Shown piece by piece: positions 53,160 through 62,989 of a stretch of DNA of 64,000 bases. Where the stretch lies: assembly GCA_963699545.1 (NCBI GenBank), contig CAVOUE010000007.1, forward strand, positions 26,965 through 90,964, given 5' to 3'. Below the pieces are notes generated by a model. That model was not told where the DNA came from, did not search any database, and was given only the letters and a program-made list of their open reading frames with translations. This DNA comes from Nitrospirota bacterium. GTDB taxonomy: Bacteria; Nitrospirota; Thermodesulfovibrionia; Thermodesulfovibrionales; UBA9159. A program made the translations under genes and the position numbers. Numbering within the stretch: the stretch's first letter is position 1; the number at the start of each line of letters is the position of its first letter.

Positions 53160-54546
53160 TCACTTCTTCTGGACATGGATGGCCTCCCCGTGGACATCTT
53201 CACACGCTTCCAGCACCCCTTCGGACAGGGTGGGATGGGCATGTATTGTTTCCACGATACTCTTCACCGTGAGCCCCGCACGCATCGCCAATGCAACCTC
53301 GTGAATAAGATCGGATGCGTGGGACCCCGCAATATGCGCGCCGATTATCCTGTCGGTCGCGGCCTCCGCCATGATCTTGAAAAATCCTGTTATCTCACCC
53401 ATGGCATGGGCCTTCCCAAGGGCCCGGTAGAGAAAGCTTCCCTTCCTGAAGGCGATCCCTTTTTCGACTGCCTGATGTTCCCTCAGCCCCACCGAAGCGA
53501 TCTCAGGAGAGGTAAATATGGCAGCGGGCACCACCGAGTAATCCATCCTCGCGTCCTCCGCCGCATGCATTCGATGCAGCAACGATCCCCTCCCTTGATG
53601 CCTTATGGGCAAGGAGCATGCCTCCGACAACATCGCCGACGGCGTATACTCCCGCAGCATCCGTCTCCATCTTCTCATTGACGATGATCTCGCCCTTCCC
53701 GCCTTTTTGTATGCCAAGGGATTCGATCCCCATGTTTTCGGTGTTAAATGATCTTCCGACAGAGACGATGATCTTCTCCGTGACCACTTCTTTCCCGTCT
53801 GAGAGAGAGGAATGCATGCCGTCTTTCCCGGCCTCGACCTTGGTCACACTCACTCCCGTGAGGAGTTTGATCCCCCTCTTCTTGAACTCTCTTTCGAGGA
53901 GTTCCGACACCTCCCCATCTTCGGTGGAGAGCGCCCTGTCCCGGATCTCGACCATGGTCACTTCCGTCCCAAGCTCAGAAAACAGGCAAGCGAATTCCGA
54001 GCCGATAACCCCTGCCCCCACGATGAGCAGGCTCTTCGGGATTTCCTTGATGGTGACCGCATCATCACTGGAGAGAATCTTCTCTCCGTCGAAGGGGAAT
54101 GCGGGGATCCGGGCAGGTCTTGACCCTGTGGCGATGATGATCCTGTCCGCTTCCACCGTATCTCTTGTGCCATCCTCTTTTTCGACCTCAACGCTTCCCG
54201 CACTCAGCAGCTTACCGTTCCCCTCGATGAGGGAAACGCCCCAGCTCTTGAAGAGCCCCTTGATCCCCTTGACCTGAACCGATACGACCTTGTCCTTCCT
54301 CTCCATCATTTTTGGGAGATTCGCCGTAACAGTACCGTTCAGTTCAATACCGTAATCGGAGAGACTCTTAAGCTTGTGAAGGATCTCTGCGGAAGCGATC
54401 AGCGTCTTGGTGGGGATGCACCCCCGGTTAAGACACGTCCCCCCCACCTCTGATCGTTCGATCACCGCAGCCTGGGCGCCCAGCTGTGCGGCTTTCAATG
54501 CCGCCACATAACCGCCGGGACCTCCCCCAATGACCACAACTCTCAT
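53160..54546 (-). pseudogene. lpdA: Dihydrolipoyl dehydrogenase (E3) LpdA, one frame break as assembled
   Basis: MRVVVIGGGPGGYVAALKAAQLG..GGTCLNRGCIPTK (redox disulfide) in ORF 53503..54546. After ..REGIVAASNACG the frame switches at about 53555-53568 to ..DARMDYSVVPAAIFTSPEIASVG...ETIHAHPTLSE (ORF 53160..53717). Confidence 0.9.
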
Positions 54547-54928
54547 TTAGCCTCTTCCTCCAGATACCGTTCATATTCCGTGGAATCCATGAGTTCATCC
54601 AGCTCTGACTCATCTTCAATTTCAAGGACCGCGACCCAGCCCTTCCCGTAGGGCTCTTCGTTGATGACCTCGGGGACTCGGCCAGATCCTCATTCACCTC
54701 GATGACCGTCCCGCTCACAGGAGATATGACCGAAGAGGTGGCCTTTGTGGATTCTATTTCGGCAAGCTCGCTATTCGCTTCAACGGTGGTTTCCGCGTCG
54801 GGAAGGTCGATATAGACGATATCGCCGAGGGCCTCCTGGGCATGGTCGGTGATACCGATGGTCGCCCTCTTCCCCGATACCTTCACCCATGTGTGTTCCT
54901 TATGATACCTGATATTCTCCGGATTCAT
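54543..54928 (-). pseudogene. gcvH: Glycine cleavage system H protein (lipoyl carrier), one frame break as assembled
   Basis: YHKEHTWVKVSGKRATIGITDHAQEALGDIVYIDLP..AEIESTKATSSVISPVSGTVIEVNEDLA (lipoyl-Lys motif ESTKA). Reading GGGG 54672-54675 as five G restores SPEVINEEPYGKGWVAVLEIEDESELDELMDSTEYERYLEEEAK, whose stop overlaps the lpdA ATG (ATGA). Confidence 0.85.
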
Positions 54929-55081
54929 TCGAGCCTCCTTGTCTTATGTGTGAGCATTTCTATCATAGATTTTCCTCTTTGTCAATCGCTTTCTCGGTCT
55001 ACGTGAGATTGTATCATATCTCGCCCGAAGAACGAACCGTTCCCCCTGTGCGCGAGAAAACCCCGGACGCAGAAAAAAAGA

Positions 55082-57673
55082 TCACTGTTTGCGATTCGAC
55101 AAAACCCGCGATTCAGCCCTGTTCTTAAGCTCCCTGAGTTGTGCCAGCGCGGTCCTGGACGTCATCTTTGACAGATCCAGGTGAATGAGTTCCAGCAGGA
55201 GTGGGTCCAGCCCCGTCAGGAAAAGATCCATCTGGCCCTGGATCGAGACATCCCTGAGCATAGACCGCGTTTTTCCCGAACCGGTCAGTTCATCCTCAAA
55301 GTTCATGAGCACTTCCTTCGCCCTCCCGATCACCTCTTCGGGAAGTCCGGCAAGGCGGCCTACCTGGATCCCGTAGCTCCTGTCTGCCGGTCCGGGGGCG
55401 ATCTTCCTCAGGAAGATGATCTCTTCTCCCCACTCCTTGACCGAGACATTGTAGTTCTTCACACCGTCGAGGGTGAGACTCAATTCAGTGAGTTCGTTGT
55501 AATGGGTGGCGAAAAGCGTCCTCGCCTTTATTGCCTTTGCGATGTGTTCGGCGACCGCCCAGGCGATGCTGATACCGTCAAAGGTGCTCGTCCCCCTGCC
55601 GATCTCGTCCAGGACAATGAGACTGCGTTCCGAGGCGTTGTTCAGGATATTCGCCGTCTCGATCATCTCGACCATAAAGGTGCTCTGCCCTTTCGCGAGG
55701 AAGTCCGAGGCGCCGATCCTTGTGAAGATCCTGTCGACAACGCCGATCCTCGCTTCCGTCGCAGGCACGAAGCTTCCCATCTGGGCCATAAGGACGATGA
55801 GGGCGATCTGTCTCATATAGGTTGACTTCCCTGCCATGTTCGGCCCCGTGAGGATCAGAAGCCGGTCACTTTCGTTGTCGATATAGGTGTTGTTGGGAAT
55901 GAACGGCTCCGGTAAGAGCCGTTCGAGCACCGGGTGCCTTCCTTCTACGATCTCGATGACAGCGCTGCTGTCATCAATCACGGGTTTGATGTAATTGTGC
56001 CTTCTCGCAACCACCGCAAGGGAAGTGAGAAAATCCAGGAGAGCAATGACATGACCGCAGGAAATGAGACGGCTGCCCTCTGAACGTATCTTGTCGAGGA
56101 TCTCCTGGAACAAACCATACTCGAGGGTCTTGAGCTGTTCCTCCGAACCTATGACTTTTGCTTCATATTCCTTGAGCTCGGGGGTGATAAACCTCTCTCC
56201 GTTCACAAGGGTCTGTTTCCTTACGTAGTATTCCGGCACAAGGTCAAGATTTGCCTTCGTCACCTCAATGTAATAGCCGAATATCCTGTTATATCCAACC
56301 TTGAGAGAAGAGATCCCGGCCTTCTTCTTCTCCCTTGCCTCAAGGTCGGCAATGAAATCCTTGCCGCTCACCGAGATCTTCCTGAGTTCATCCACTTCTC
56401 TGCTGTATCCGGTCCTGAGGATGCCTCCTTCCCTGATACCGAGGGGAGGGTTGTCCGTGATCGAGGAGTCTATGAGTTCCCTGACCGCCCTCAGGTCGGG
56501 GATATCTTCGCCCAATGAACCGAGATATGCATCCGGCGATGATAATGCCGCCTTCTTTATGGCGGGAAGAGCTGCAAGGGAATTTCTGATGGCGATGAGA
56601 TCCCGCGGGGTGGCTGATCCCCCGATCACTCTGGAGGCAAGTCTCTCCAGGTCCTGAACCTTCCGGAAATTGCTGCGCAGTGTCTCGATGAGTTCGTAAT
56701 CATCCACCAGCGCCTCGACCGCCTCAAGGCGCTTCCGTATCGCGGCGACATCGATGAGCGGCCTGAGGAGAGCGCTCCTGAGGTGCCGTCCGCCCATGGG
56801 AGTGAGTGTCTCGTCGAGCACAGCGAGAAGGGTTCCGTCGGTCCCTCCCTTCAGATTGCGTGTGAGTTCAAGGTTACGCTGCGTTGTTGCGTCAAGAAAC
56901 ATATACGCACTCTGAATAAGAGGGGTGATCTTCTTGAATTGAATGGACTCTTTCTGTGTGTTCTCGATATAGACGATGAGCGCCCCTGCTGCTGATACGG
57001 CGGCGTTCATTCCCTCACACCCATACCCTTCCAGGGAAGATACCGCGAAGTGCTTCAGAAGAACCCGGTAGGCCTCGGAGAAGTGAAACGTCCAGTCCTC
57101 GGCCGTAGTGGCGTAATACCCTTTCATGATCTCGGAATATTGGATATTGTCCTTAAGGCTTTCGGGGAGCAAAAGCTCGGTGGGCTCAAACCTGCTGAGT
57201 TCGTCTTCTATGGGCTGCTCGGTCTCGTAGACCATGAACTCGCCCGTGGAGATATCCGCAAGGGCGACCCCATGCTTTTTCCCGTCAGGAAAGAGACTGA
57301 AGAGGTAATTGTTCTCTTTCGGATTTTCCGGCGTGTACGTCCCGGGAGTGATCACCTTCACCACATCCCGCTGAACAATGCCCTTGCCTTCCTTCGCATC
57401 TTCCATCTGTTCGCACACGGCGACCCGGTGACCTGCCTTGACAAGCTTTGCTATGTAGGATTCAGCGGCGAAATAGGGTATGCCGCACATGGGGATGGGG
57501 TCTTCCTTTGCCCTGTCCCTGGTCGTGAGCGCGATCTGGAGGATCTTTGAAGCAACCTTCGCGTCTTCACCGAACATCTCGTAAAAGTCACCAAGACGGA
57601 ACATGAGGATGGCATCCCCATGCTTCTCTTTGATGCTGAAATACTGCTTCATCAACGGGGTCAGTTCGGGCAT
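55082..57673 (-). CDS. mutS: DNA mismatch repair protein MutS
   Basis: 863 aa. TPLMKQYFSIKEKHGDAILMFRLGDFYEMF, Walker A ILTGPNMAGKST, LVLDEIGRGTSTFDGISIA, FATHYNELT. Confidence 0.97.
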   Translation of the reverse strand: MPELTPLMKQYFSIKEKHGDAILMFRLGDFYEMFGEDAKVASKILQIALTTRDRAKEDPIPMCGIPYFAAESYIAKLVKAGHRVAVCEQMEDAKEGKGIVQRDVVKVITPGTYTPENPKENNYLFSLFPDGKKHGVALADISTGEFMVYETEQPIEDELSRFEPTELLLPESLKDNIQYSEIMKGYYATTAEDWTFHFSEAYRVLLKHFAVSSLEGYGCEGMNAAVSAAGALIVYIENTQKESIQFKKITPLIQSAYMFLDATTQRNLELTRNLKGGTDGTLLAVLDETLTPMGGRHLRSALLRPLIDVAAIRKRLEAVEALVDDYELIETLRSNFRKVQDLERLASRVIGGSATPRDLIAIRNSLAALPAIKKAALSSPDAYLGSLGEDIPDLRAVRELIDSSITDNPPLGIREGGILRTGYSREVDELRKISVSGKDFIADLEAREKKKAGISSLKVGYNRIFGYYIEVTKANLDLVPEYYVRKQTLVNGERFITPELKEYEAKVIGSEEQLKTLEYGLFQEILDKIRSEGSRLISCGHVIALLDFLTSLAVVARRHNYIKPVIDDSSAVIEIVEGRHPVLERLLPEPFIPNNTYIDNESDRLLILTGPNMAGKSTYMRQIALIVLMAQMGSFVPATEARIGVVDRIFTRIGASDFLAKGQSTFMVEMIETANILNNASERSLIVLDEIGRGTSTFDGISIAWAVAEHIAKAIKARTLFATHYNELTELSLTLDGVKNYNVSVKEWGEEIIFLRKIAPGPADRSYGIQVGRLAGLPEEVIGRAKEVLMNFEDELTGSGKTRSMLRDVSIQGQMDLFLTGLDPLLLELIHLDLSKMTSRTALAQLRELKNRAESRVLSNRKQ

Positions 57674-57812
57674 AGGATATTAAATACCATAATACGGCGA
57701 AAGTGCAAGAGAGGGTGGTCGCTCACAAATCAGGTATAGATCAAGGCTAAGGACATTATGGATGAGATTCCCGACCTGGACCTTAACGACGATCTCGCTC
57801 TCTTGCTCTCTC

Positions 57813-58190
57813 CTAAAACGTCACGCTCTGCCGTTCCAGGAGCATTTCCCCCAGGAACGAGCCGGGCTTCACTTCCGCGTTCTTCACCAGCTCCGCCTTA
57901 TCGAGACCGTAGTGCTTCACACAGGATGCACAGATGTAGAACTGCACATCAAAATCTTCCAGCAGGGTTCTCATAAGTTCGTGGACAGGCGAGAACTCGT
58001 CCTTCTTCTGAAGCTCGGACAACGTCTCGGCAAAGCCCTTCTTTGCGATGAGGACCCCATCGTCCATGAGAAAAAAGACAAGATCGATATCAAAGGCCTT
58101 CATGTTGGACGCAAGCTGCATCGCCCCTGCAACGATGTCAGGCCTGTCGTAGGAGTGGCTGAGGATGAAAACAAATTTTTTGTTCTCCAT
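57813..58190 (-). CDS. DsrE/DsrF-like family protein (sulfur-relay fold)
   Basis: 125 aa from the ATG at 58190 (GGAGGAACTT RBS). KKFVFILSHSYDRPDIV..AFDIDLVFFLMDDGV..QFYICASC resembles DsrE-family proteins. The upstream 132 aa of the track ORF are spurious. Confidence 0.68.
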   Translation of the reverse strand: MENKKFVFILSHSYDRPDIVAGAMQLASNMKAFDIDLVFFLMDDGVLIAKKGFAETLSELQKKDEFSPVHELMRTLLEDFDVQFYICASCVKHYGLDKAELVKNAEVKPGSFLGEMLLERQSVTF

Positions 58191-58420
58191 AAGTTCCTCC
58201 TTTATTTCAATTATATCTGAAGCAGTGGGTTCCCGTCTTCCCGACAAACGATTTTCTTCTTCTCCGCGCTTCCCGTTAAGGTTCTGCAAACAAAGTTGAC
58301 TACACAAGGGAAATATGACATAATGGCAAGAAATTTGGGTCTTGTGTGGAATCTTTGCGGCATAACGTGTCATTCTGGTACTGTTTTCATAGAAAAGAGG
58401 GGCGCTTTTGAGAAATAAAA

Positions 58421-59329
58421 ATGGAGGGAAAGATGAAACGAGAAAAGCGCAGTAGTCTTCTGGTCGTGTTATGCCTGATGGTGGGGATCGGGATGCTTCT
58501 GACGTATGGAGGGTCGGCCCCCGCACAGACGCCGGCGAAGTCACCAACTCTCGCTGTGGCACAGACGCCGCCGGCGAAAGCACCAACTCTTTCGAATGAT
58601 GATTGCATTAAATGCCATGCAGGTCCGCCTGCGGACGTAATTGCGAATGGAGGAAAACACCAGTATGTCGGTTGCATGGACTGTCACGCCGGTCATCCGC
58701 CCACGGTAAAGAAGCCCATCCCGCAGTGCAGCCAGTGTCACATGGGCAAACCTCACTATGAACTGAAAGGCTGTCTGGCCTGTCACAGGAATCCTCACAC
58801 ACCCCTGAAGGTCACGTTCGCGAGCAACGTCACTGACCCGTGTCTCACCTGTCATACCCAGCAGATCGCTCAGCTCAGGGAAAACAAGAGCAAGCATACC
58901 GCCCTGTACTGCAGCACGTGTCACAGCGTTCACCGCAAGGTGCCGGAATGTACTCAGTGTCACAAACCGCACGCCGCAGATATGGGTGCAGGAAACTGTA
59001 AGAAATGCCATAAGGCACATATGCCAAAGGTCGTGACCTATGCGTCCGACATCCCGTCAAAAGACTGTGCGGCATGCCATAAAAAGGCATTTGCCCTCCT
59101 CGCCGAAAGCGCGGCCAAGCATAAGACCTTCGCTTGTGCTTTCTGCCATCAGACAAAGCATAAAATGCTGCCTAAGTGCCAGGACTGCCATGGCACTCCC
59201 CATCCGGTGGGTATTATGGCCAAATTCCCGAAATGCGGCGATTGCCACAGCATCGCCCATGACCTGAACCACTGGCCGCCGGCCGGAAAAACTAAAGAGT
59301 CACCCGGGGACATGAAGAAAAAGAAATAG
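58421..59329 (+). CDS. Secreted dodecaheme c-type cytochrome (12 CXXCH motifs)
   Basis: 302 aa. Signal peptide (KRSSLLVVLCLMVGIGMLL), a Pro/Ala/Thr-rich linker, then 12 CXXCH motifs (CIKCH CMDCH CSQCH CLACH CLTCH CSTCH CTQCH CKKCH CAACH CAFCH CQDCH CGDCH) with many extra His residues. Confidence 0.88.
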   Translation: MEGKMKREKRSSLLVVLCLMVGIGMLLTYGGSAPAQTPAKSPTLAVAQTPPAKAPTLSNDDCIKCHAGPPADVIANGGKHQYVGCMDCHAGHPPTVKKPIPQCSQCHMGKPHYELKGCLACHRNPHTPLKVTFASNVTDPCLTCHTQQIAQLRENKSKHTALYCSTCHSVHRKVPECTQCHKPHAADMGAGNCKKCHKAHMPKVVTYASDIPSKDCAACHKKAFALLAESAAKHKTFACAFCHQTKHKMLPKCQDCHGTPHPVGIMAKFPKCGDCHSIAHDLNHWPPAGKTKESPGDMKKKK

Positions 59330-59352
59330 ACACTTCCCGGTGGAGCGACCAA

Positions 59353-59387
59353 GGAGGGCCTGTGAATCACAGGCCCTCCTTTTTTTT
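59353..59387 (+). terminator. Rho-independent terminator after the cytochrome gene
   Basis: GGAGGGCCTGTG (59353-59364), loop AAT, CACAGGCCCTCC (59368-59379), then T8 (59380-59387). Confidence 0.75.
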
Positions 59388-59473
59388 GCTACTCACCGGG
59401 AACGTTCAACATCAGGCGGTCGGAGTCACGCTGTGGATACATAAAGACCGGTAAGCCAGGATCTTCTTCAGAA

Positions 59474-59548
<75 letters not shown>

Positions 59549-59557
59549 ACTCCATTG

Positions 59558-59587
59558 GTTATAAACTACCACTCTCTCAAAAGTCAA
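59558..59587 (-). promoter_or_regulatory. Candidate sigma70-type promoter for tRNA-Gly
   Basis: Minus strand: TTGACT (59582-59587), 18-nt spacer, TATAAC (59558-59563). The tRNA 5' end lies 9 nt downstream. Confidence 0.4.
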
Positions 59588-59649
59588 GGAACGACAACCG
59601 TCTATTGTCCGTGCTGCATCAGTCCAGTTTGTCATACAACAGCAGGCGT

Positions 59650-60240
59650 TCAAATCTTTGCGATGATATTTTCTAACCCCACGCGTATGAGCATGACCGC
59701 AATGGATGCCAGGAGCAGCGCCATGATCTTTGAAACAGCCAGGATACCCCCCCTGCCGAAGATGGAGAGTATCTTTGCCGAAGCCCTGAAGGAAAGCCAG
59801 ACGATAATGAGGTTCACAATAAAGGAGATGATGGTGGGAACAACGCCGTAGTGATCTACGAGCACAAGGATCGTGGCGAGCACCGCCGGTCCCACGATAA
59901 GAGGGACTCCGAGGGGAACGACGCCAAGCTTCCCTGCCTGTTCCCGCATCTTCGTGTAGCCCATGAGATCGAGGATCGCAAATATGAGAAGGATAAGTCC
60001 TCCTGCGATCTTGAAATCATTTTCAGTGATCCCGAGGATCCTGAATATCGCCTCTCCCACGGCAATAAACGTGAGGCCCACCGCCAGGGCAGTGATGACT
60101 GATTCACGCTCCACATCAAGTTTCTTCCTGCCCGGCATCCCTTCGGTCATTGACACAAAAATGGGGATGACGGCAAAGATATCGATCGCCACAAATATCG
60201 GGATGAATGCGTAGAGTGCGTCTCTTATTACGTTTGGCAT
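59650..60240 (-). CDS. MarC family (UPF0056) integral membrane protein
   Basis: 196 aa with six predicted hydrophobic segments. FIPIFVAIDIFAVIPIFVSMT and GPAVLATILVL resemble the MarC/YhgN family. Confidence 0.78.
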   Translation of the reverse strand: MPNVIRDALYAFIPIFVAIDIFAVIPIFVSMTEGMPGRKKLDVERESVITALAVGLTFIAVGEAIFRILGITENDFKIAGGLILLIFAILDLMGYTKMREQAGKLGVVPLGVPLIVGPAVLATILVLVDHYGVVPTIISFIVNLIIVWLSFRASAKILSIFGRGGILAVSKIMALLLASIAVMLIRVGLENIIAKI

Positions 60241-60257
60241 ATCAATTCCTCTTCATG

Positions 60258-61793
60258 TTAATGCGCCCCCGGCGGCATCGTTCCCGCCGCCTTCGGTCTT
60301 CTCATGATCAGTACCAGAGGCAGCACCAGCACCATGAGCACGCTCAAGACATGAAACGCGTCATTAAATGAGATCATGGAAGCCTCCCTGAGAAGTTTAC
60401 CATAGATTATTCCCAGGGTTCCCTGGTCTGCAACTCCCGGACTCAGTCCCTTGTATTGGAGGATGTGGGACGTCTGGCTTGTAACCAGCTGGTAGTGGGT
60501 ATCAAAGGGCGTAAGATGGTCCACCAGGTGATGCTGGTGGACCTGCGCTCTTCGTGTCAGCACCGTCGTCACAAAGGCAACGCCGAAGCTCCCGCCGAGG
60601 TTCCTCAGGAGATTATAGATGGCCGAGGCGTTTCCCATATCTTCCTTCTTTATCTCTGCCATGGTCAGAGTCGTGAGAGGGATGAAGAGGAACCCCATAC
60701 CGATGCCAAGAACGATCCGCGGCCAGATCACGGTATCGAAATCAGCGAGGAGGTTGAACTTCGACATGAGATACGTCGAATACGAAGAAACGATTATCCC
60801 GAAGGCGAGCAGGCCCTTCGGGTTTACCTTTGTCACAAGCTTTCCCGCAATGGGCATCGCCACAAGGGTTGCAACGCCGCCGGGCCCAAGCACCATGCCC
60901 GACAGGGTCGCATTGTACCCCATGAGGGTCTGGAGATAAATGGGCAGGAGGACAATGCTGCCGAAGAGGTTGAAAAAGGCAAAGAACATCACGAGATTTC
61001 CGGTGCTGAATGTCCGGTTCCTGAATGTCTTCATGTTCACAATCGGGTGTTCCGCAAAGAACTCAACGATCACGAAGAGGAGCAAGGACAATGCAGAGAT
61101 AGCGGTGAGCCACGTGATGAAGCCTGAAGAGAACCAGTCTTCCCTTTCTCCCTTGTCCAGGACGATCTGGAGGCACCCCAGTCCGATGGCGAGAAAGGCG
61201 AGCCCCCAGTAATCGATCCTCATCTTCATCCGTCTCATGTACGGCGGGTCAACGATAAAGAACAGGCACATCAGGATCGAGACAACCCCTATGGGGATAT
61301 TGATGAAAAATATCCAGTGCCATGACCAGTTGTCGGTGATCCAGCCGCCGAGAAGGGGCCCGACGATGGGTCCGAACATAATGCCAACGCCGAATATCGC
61401 CATGGCCATGCCGTGCTGCCGGGGAGGGAATGTTTCGAGGAGAATGGATTGTGAGATCGGCTGAAGCGCCCCACCCCCGATGCCCTGAAGGATCCTGAAT
61501 ACAATGAGACTTTGGAGGTTCCAGGCGGAACCGCAGAGCAATGAACTCAGGGTGAAAAGGGATATGGAAAAGATCATATACCGTTTCCTCCCGAAGAGCC
61601 TGCTGAGCCATCCGGTCATGGGGATGATGATGGCGTTGGAGACCAGATACGAGGTGATCGCCCAGGTGGATTCGTCGATACCGGCAGACAGGCTGCCCCG
61701 TATGTGATCGAGAGCGACGTTCACGACCGATATGTCGATGATCTCGATGAGGGTGGGGAGCATGACCGTGAGGGAGATAATCCATTTATTCAT
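60258..61793 (-). CDS. emrB: MFS drug efflux transporter, EmrB/QacA (DHA2, 14-TMS) family
   Basis: 511 aa. LIEIIDISVVNVALDHIRGSLSAGIDESTWAITSYLVSNAIIIPMTGWLSRLFGRKR and RILQGIGGGALQP are DHA2 signatures. Downstream of an HlyD-family gene. Confidence 0.87.
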   Translation of the reverse strand: MNKWIISLTVMLPTLIEIIDISVVNVALDHIRGSLSAGIDESTWAITSYLVSNAIIIPMTGWLSRLFGRKRYMIFSISLFTLSSLLCGSAWNLQSLIVFRILQGIGGGALQPISQSILLETFPPRQHGMAMAIFGVGIMFGPIVGPLLGGWITDNWSWHWIFFINIPIGVVSILMCLFFIVDPPYMRRMKMRIDYWGLAFLAIGLGCLQIVLDKGEREDWFSSGFITWLTAISALSLLLFVIVEFFAEHPIVNMKTFRNRTFSTGNLVMFFAFFNLFGSIVLLPIYLQTLMGYNATLSGMVLGPGGVATLVAMPIAGKLVTKVNPKGLLAFGIIVSSYSTYLMSKFNLLADFDTVIWPRIVLGIGMGFLFIPLTTLTMAEIKKEDMGNASAIYNLLRNLGGSFGVAFVTTVLTRRAQVHQHHLVDHLTPFDTHYQLVTSQTSHILQYKGLSPGVADQGTLGIIYGKLLREASMISFNDAFHVLSVLMVLVLPLVLIMRRPKAAGTMPPGAH

Positions 61794-61892
61794 AATGAAG
61801 GCATTTGCGCTACGAGTGCTCTGGCGTTCGGGCGGCCAAGGGTCTTAGTGAAAAAATACGACGATACCTCACTCCGTTCGCCCCTGACCCTC

Positions 61893-62989
61893 TTAATCCT
61901 TCACAAGTATCGTCGGCTCCACAGACATGCCGACCCTGAGGATGTGATCCGGGTCTGTCCCCTTATCCAGGACTATTTTGACCGGTACCCTCTGCACCAC
62001 CTTCACGTAGTTGCCCGTGGCGTTCTCAGGGGGAAGAGGGAGAACGTGGAACCCGTTCCCGCCATGATGCTGTCGACCTTCCCACGGAATTTCTTTCCGG
62101 GATACGAATCCACCTTGATCTCCACTTTCTGACCCGTTCTCACTTTTTCCAACTGCGTTTCCTTGTAGTTTGCGGCCAGCCATACGTCGTCCAGAGGAAC
62201 CACCGCCATAAGCGCCTGACCCGCCTGTATCTGGTTACCCACCTCAACTGACTTTTTCGTCACGTACCCGTCTGATGGAGCATAGAGCTTCGTATATCCG
62301 TAATTAAGCTCGGCGGTCCTGAGCACCGTCTTCTTCTGCGCTGCGGAAGAGACCCGGGAGGTCCTCGCCGCTTCCGCCTGCCGCACCAATGCCTTTTGCG
62401 TCTCAAGAGCGGTCTCTGCCTGCTTCAACTGCTCACCAGCTGTCTTCACCTGTGCACGGCTGACATTATAACCGGTCATGGTTTTTTCGTATCTCTCTTT
62501 GGAAAGGGCATCGTACCGGTAAAGGTTCTCCGCTCTTTTCCTGTCCATCTCGGCCTGCCCGAGGTTCACTTCCTGGAGCTCCAGGTTCGCCTTTGCCGCT
62601 TCCACCGCAGCCTTTGCCTCGGACACCCGCCTGCGTGAGGCCTCCACCCGGGCCTCGTTCTCTCCGATCTTCGCCGTCTCTGCATTCAGTCCTGAGGCTG
62701 CTTCGTTCACCTTCGCATCGTAATCCGCGGGGTCAATCTCCAAGAGAAGGTCTCCCTTTTTCACGGGCTGATTGTCTTTCACATGCACCGCCTTCACTGT
62801 CCCGTAGACCTTTGATGCAATGACATGGATGCGGCCTTCCACAAAGGCATCATCGGTGCTGATATGGGTGTTCTTGTACTGGATATAGAAAAGAACAGCA
62901 ACAGCCCCTATCACCGCAAGGACCGCAAACACCCCCAAGGCTATGAAATTTCTCCGATGGTTATTGACAGGCTGTTTTATCTCCTCCAT
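61893..62989 (-). pseudogene. emrA: HlyD/EmrA family membrane fusion protein, one frame break near the 3' end as assembled
   Basis: ORF 62003..62989 has an N-terminal TM, TDDAFVEGRIHVIASKVYGTV..V.DNQPVKKGDLLLEIDP and a coiled coil. After ..GTGSTFSL the frame switches at the G5 run 62039-62043 to PPENATGNYVKVVQRVPVKIVLD.. (ORF 61893..62183). Confidence 0.86.

Noticed and set aside
54929-55081. Glycine riboswitch upstream of gcvH, and a TPP riboswitch upstream of thiE (3795..3837)
   Set aside because: I could not find the conserved glycine-aptamer core sequences in the 153-nt gcvH leader, only a weak promoter-like TTGACA-N17-TAGAAA. The thiE upstream spacer is 43 nt, too short for a THI-box.
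58191-58586. Upstream 132 aa of the 257-aa track ORF 57813..58586
   Set aside because: The DsrE-like homology starts at the ATG at 58190, which has a strong RBS. The extension crosses the promoter region and lies antisense to the cytochrome signal peptide. Its composition is low-complexity (Pro/Ser/Arg-rich).
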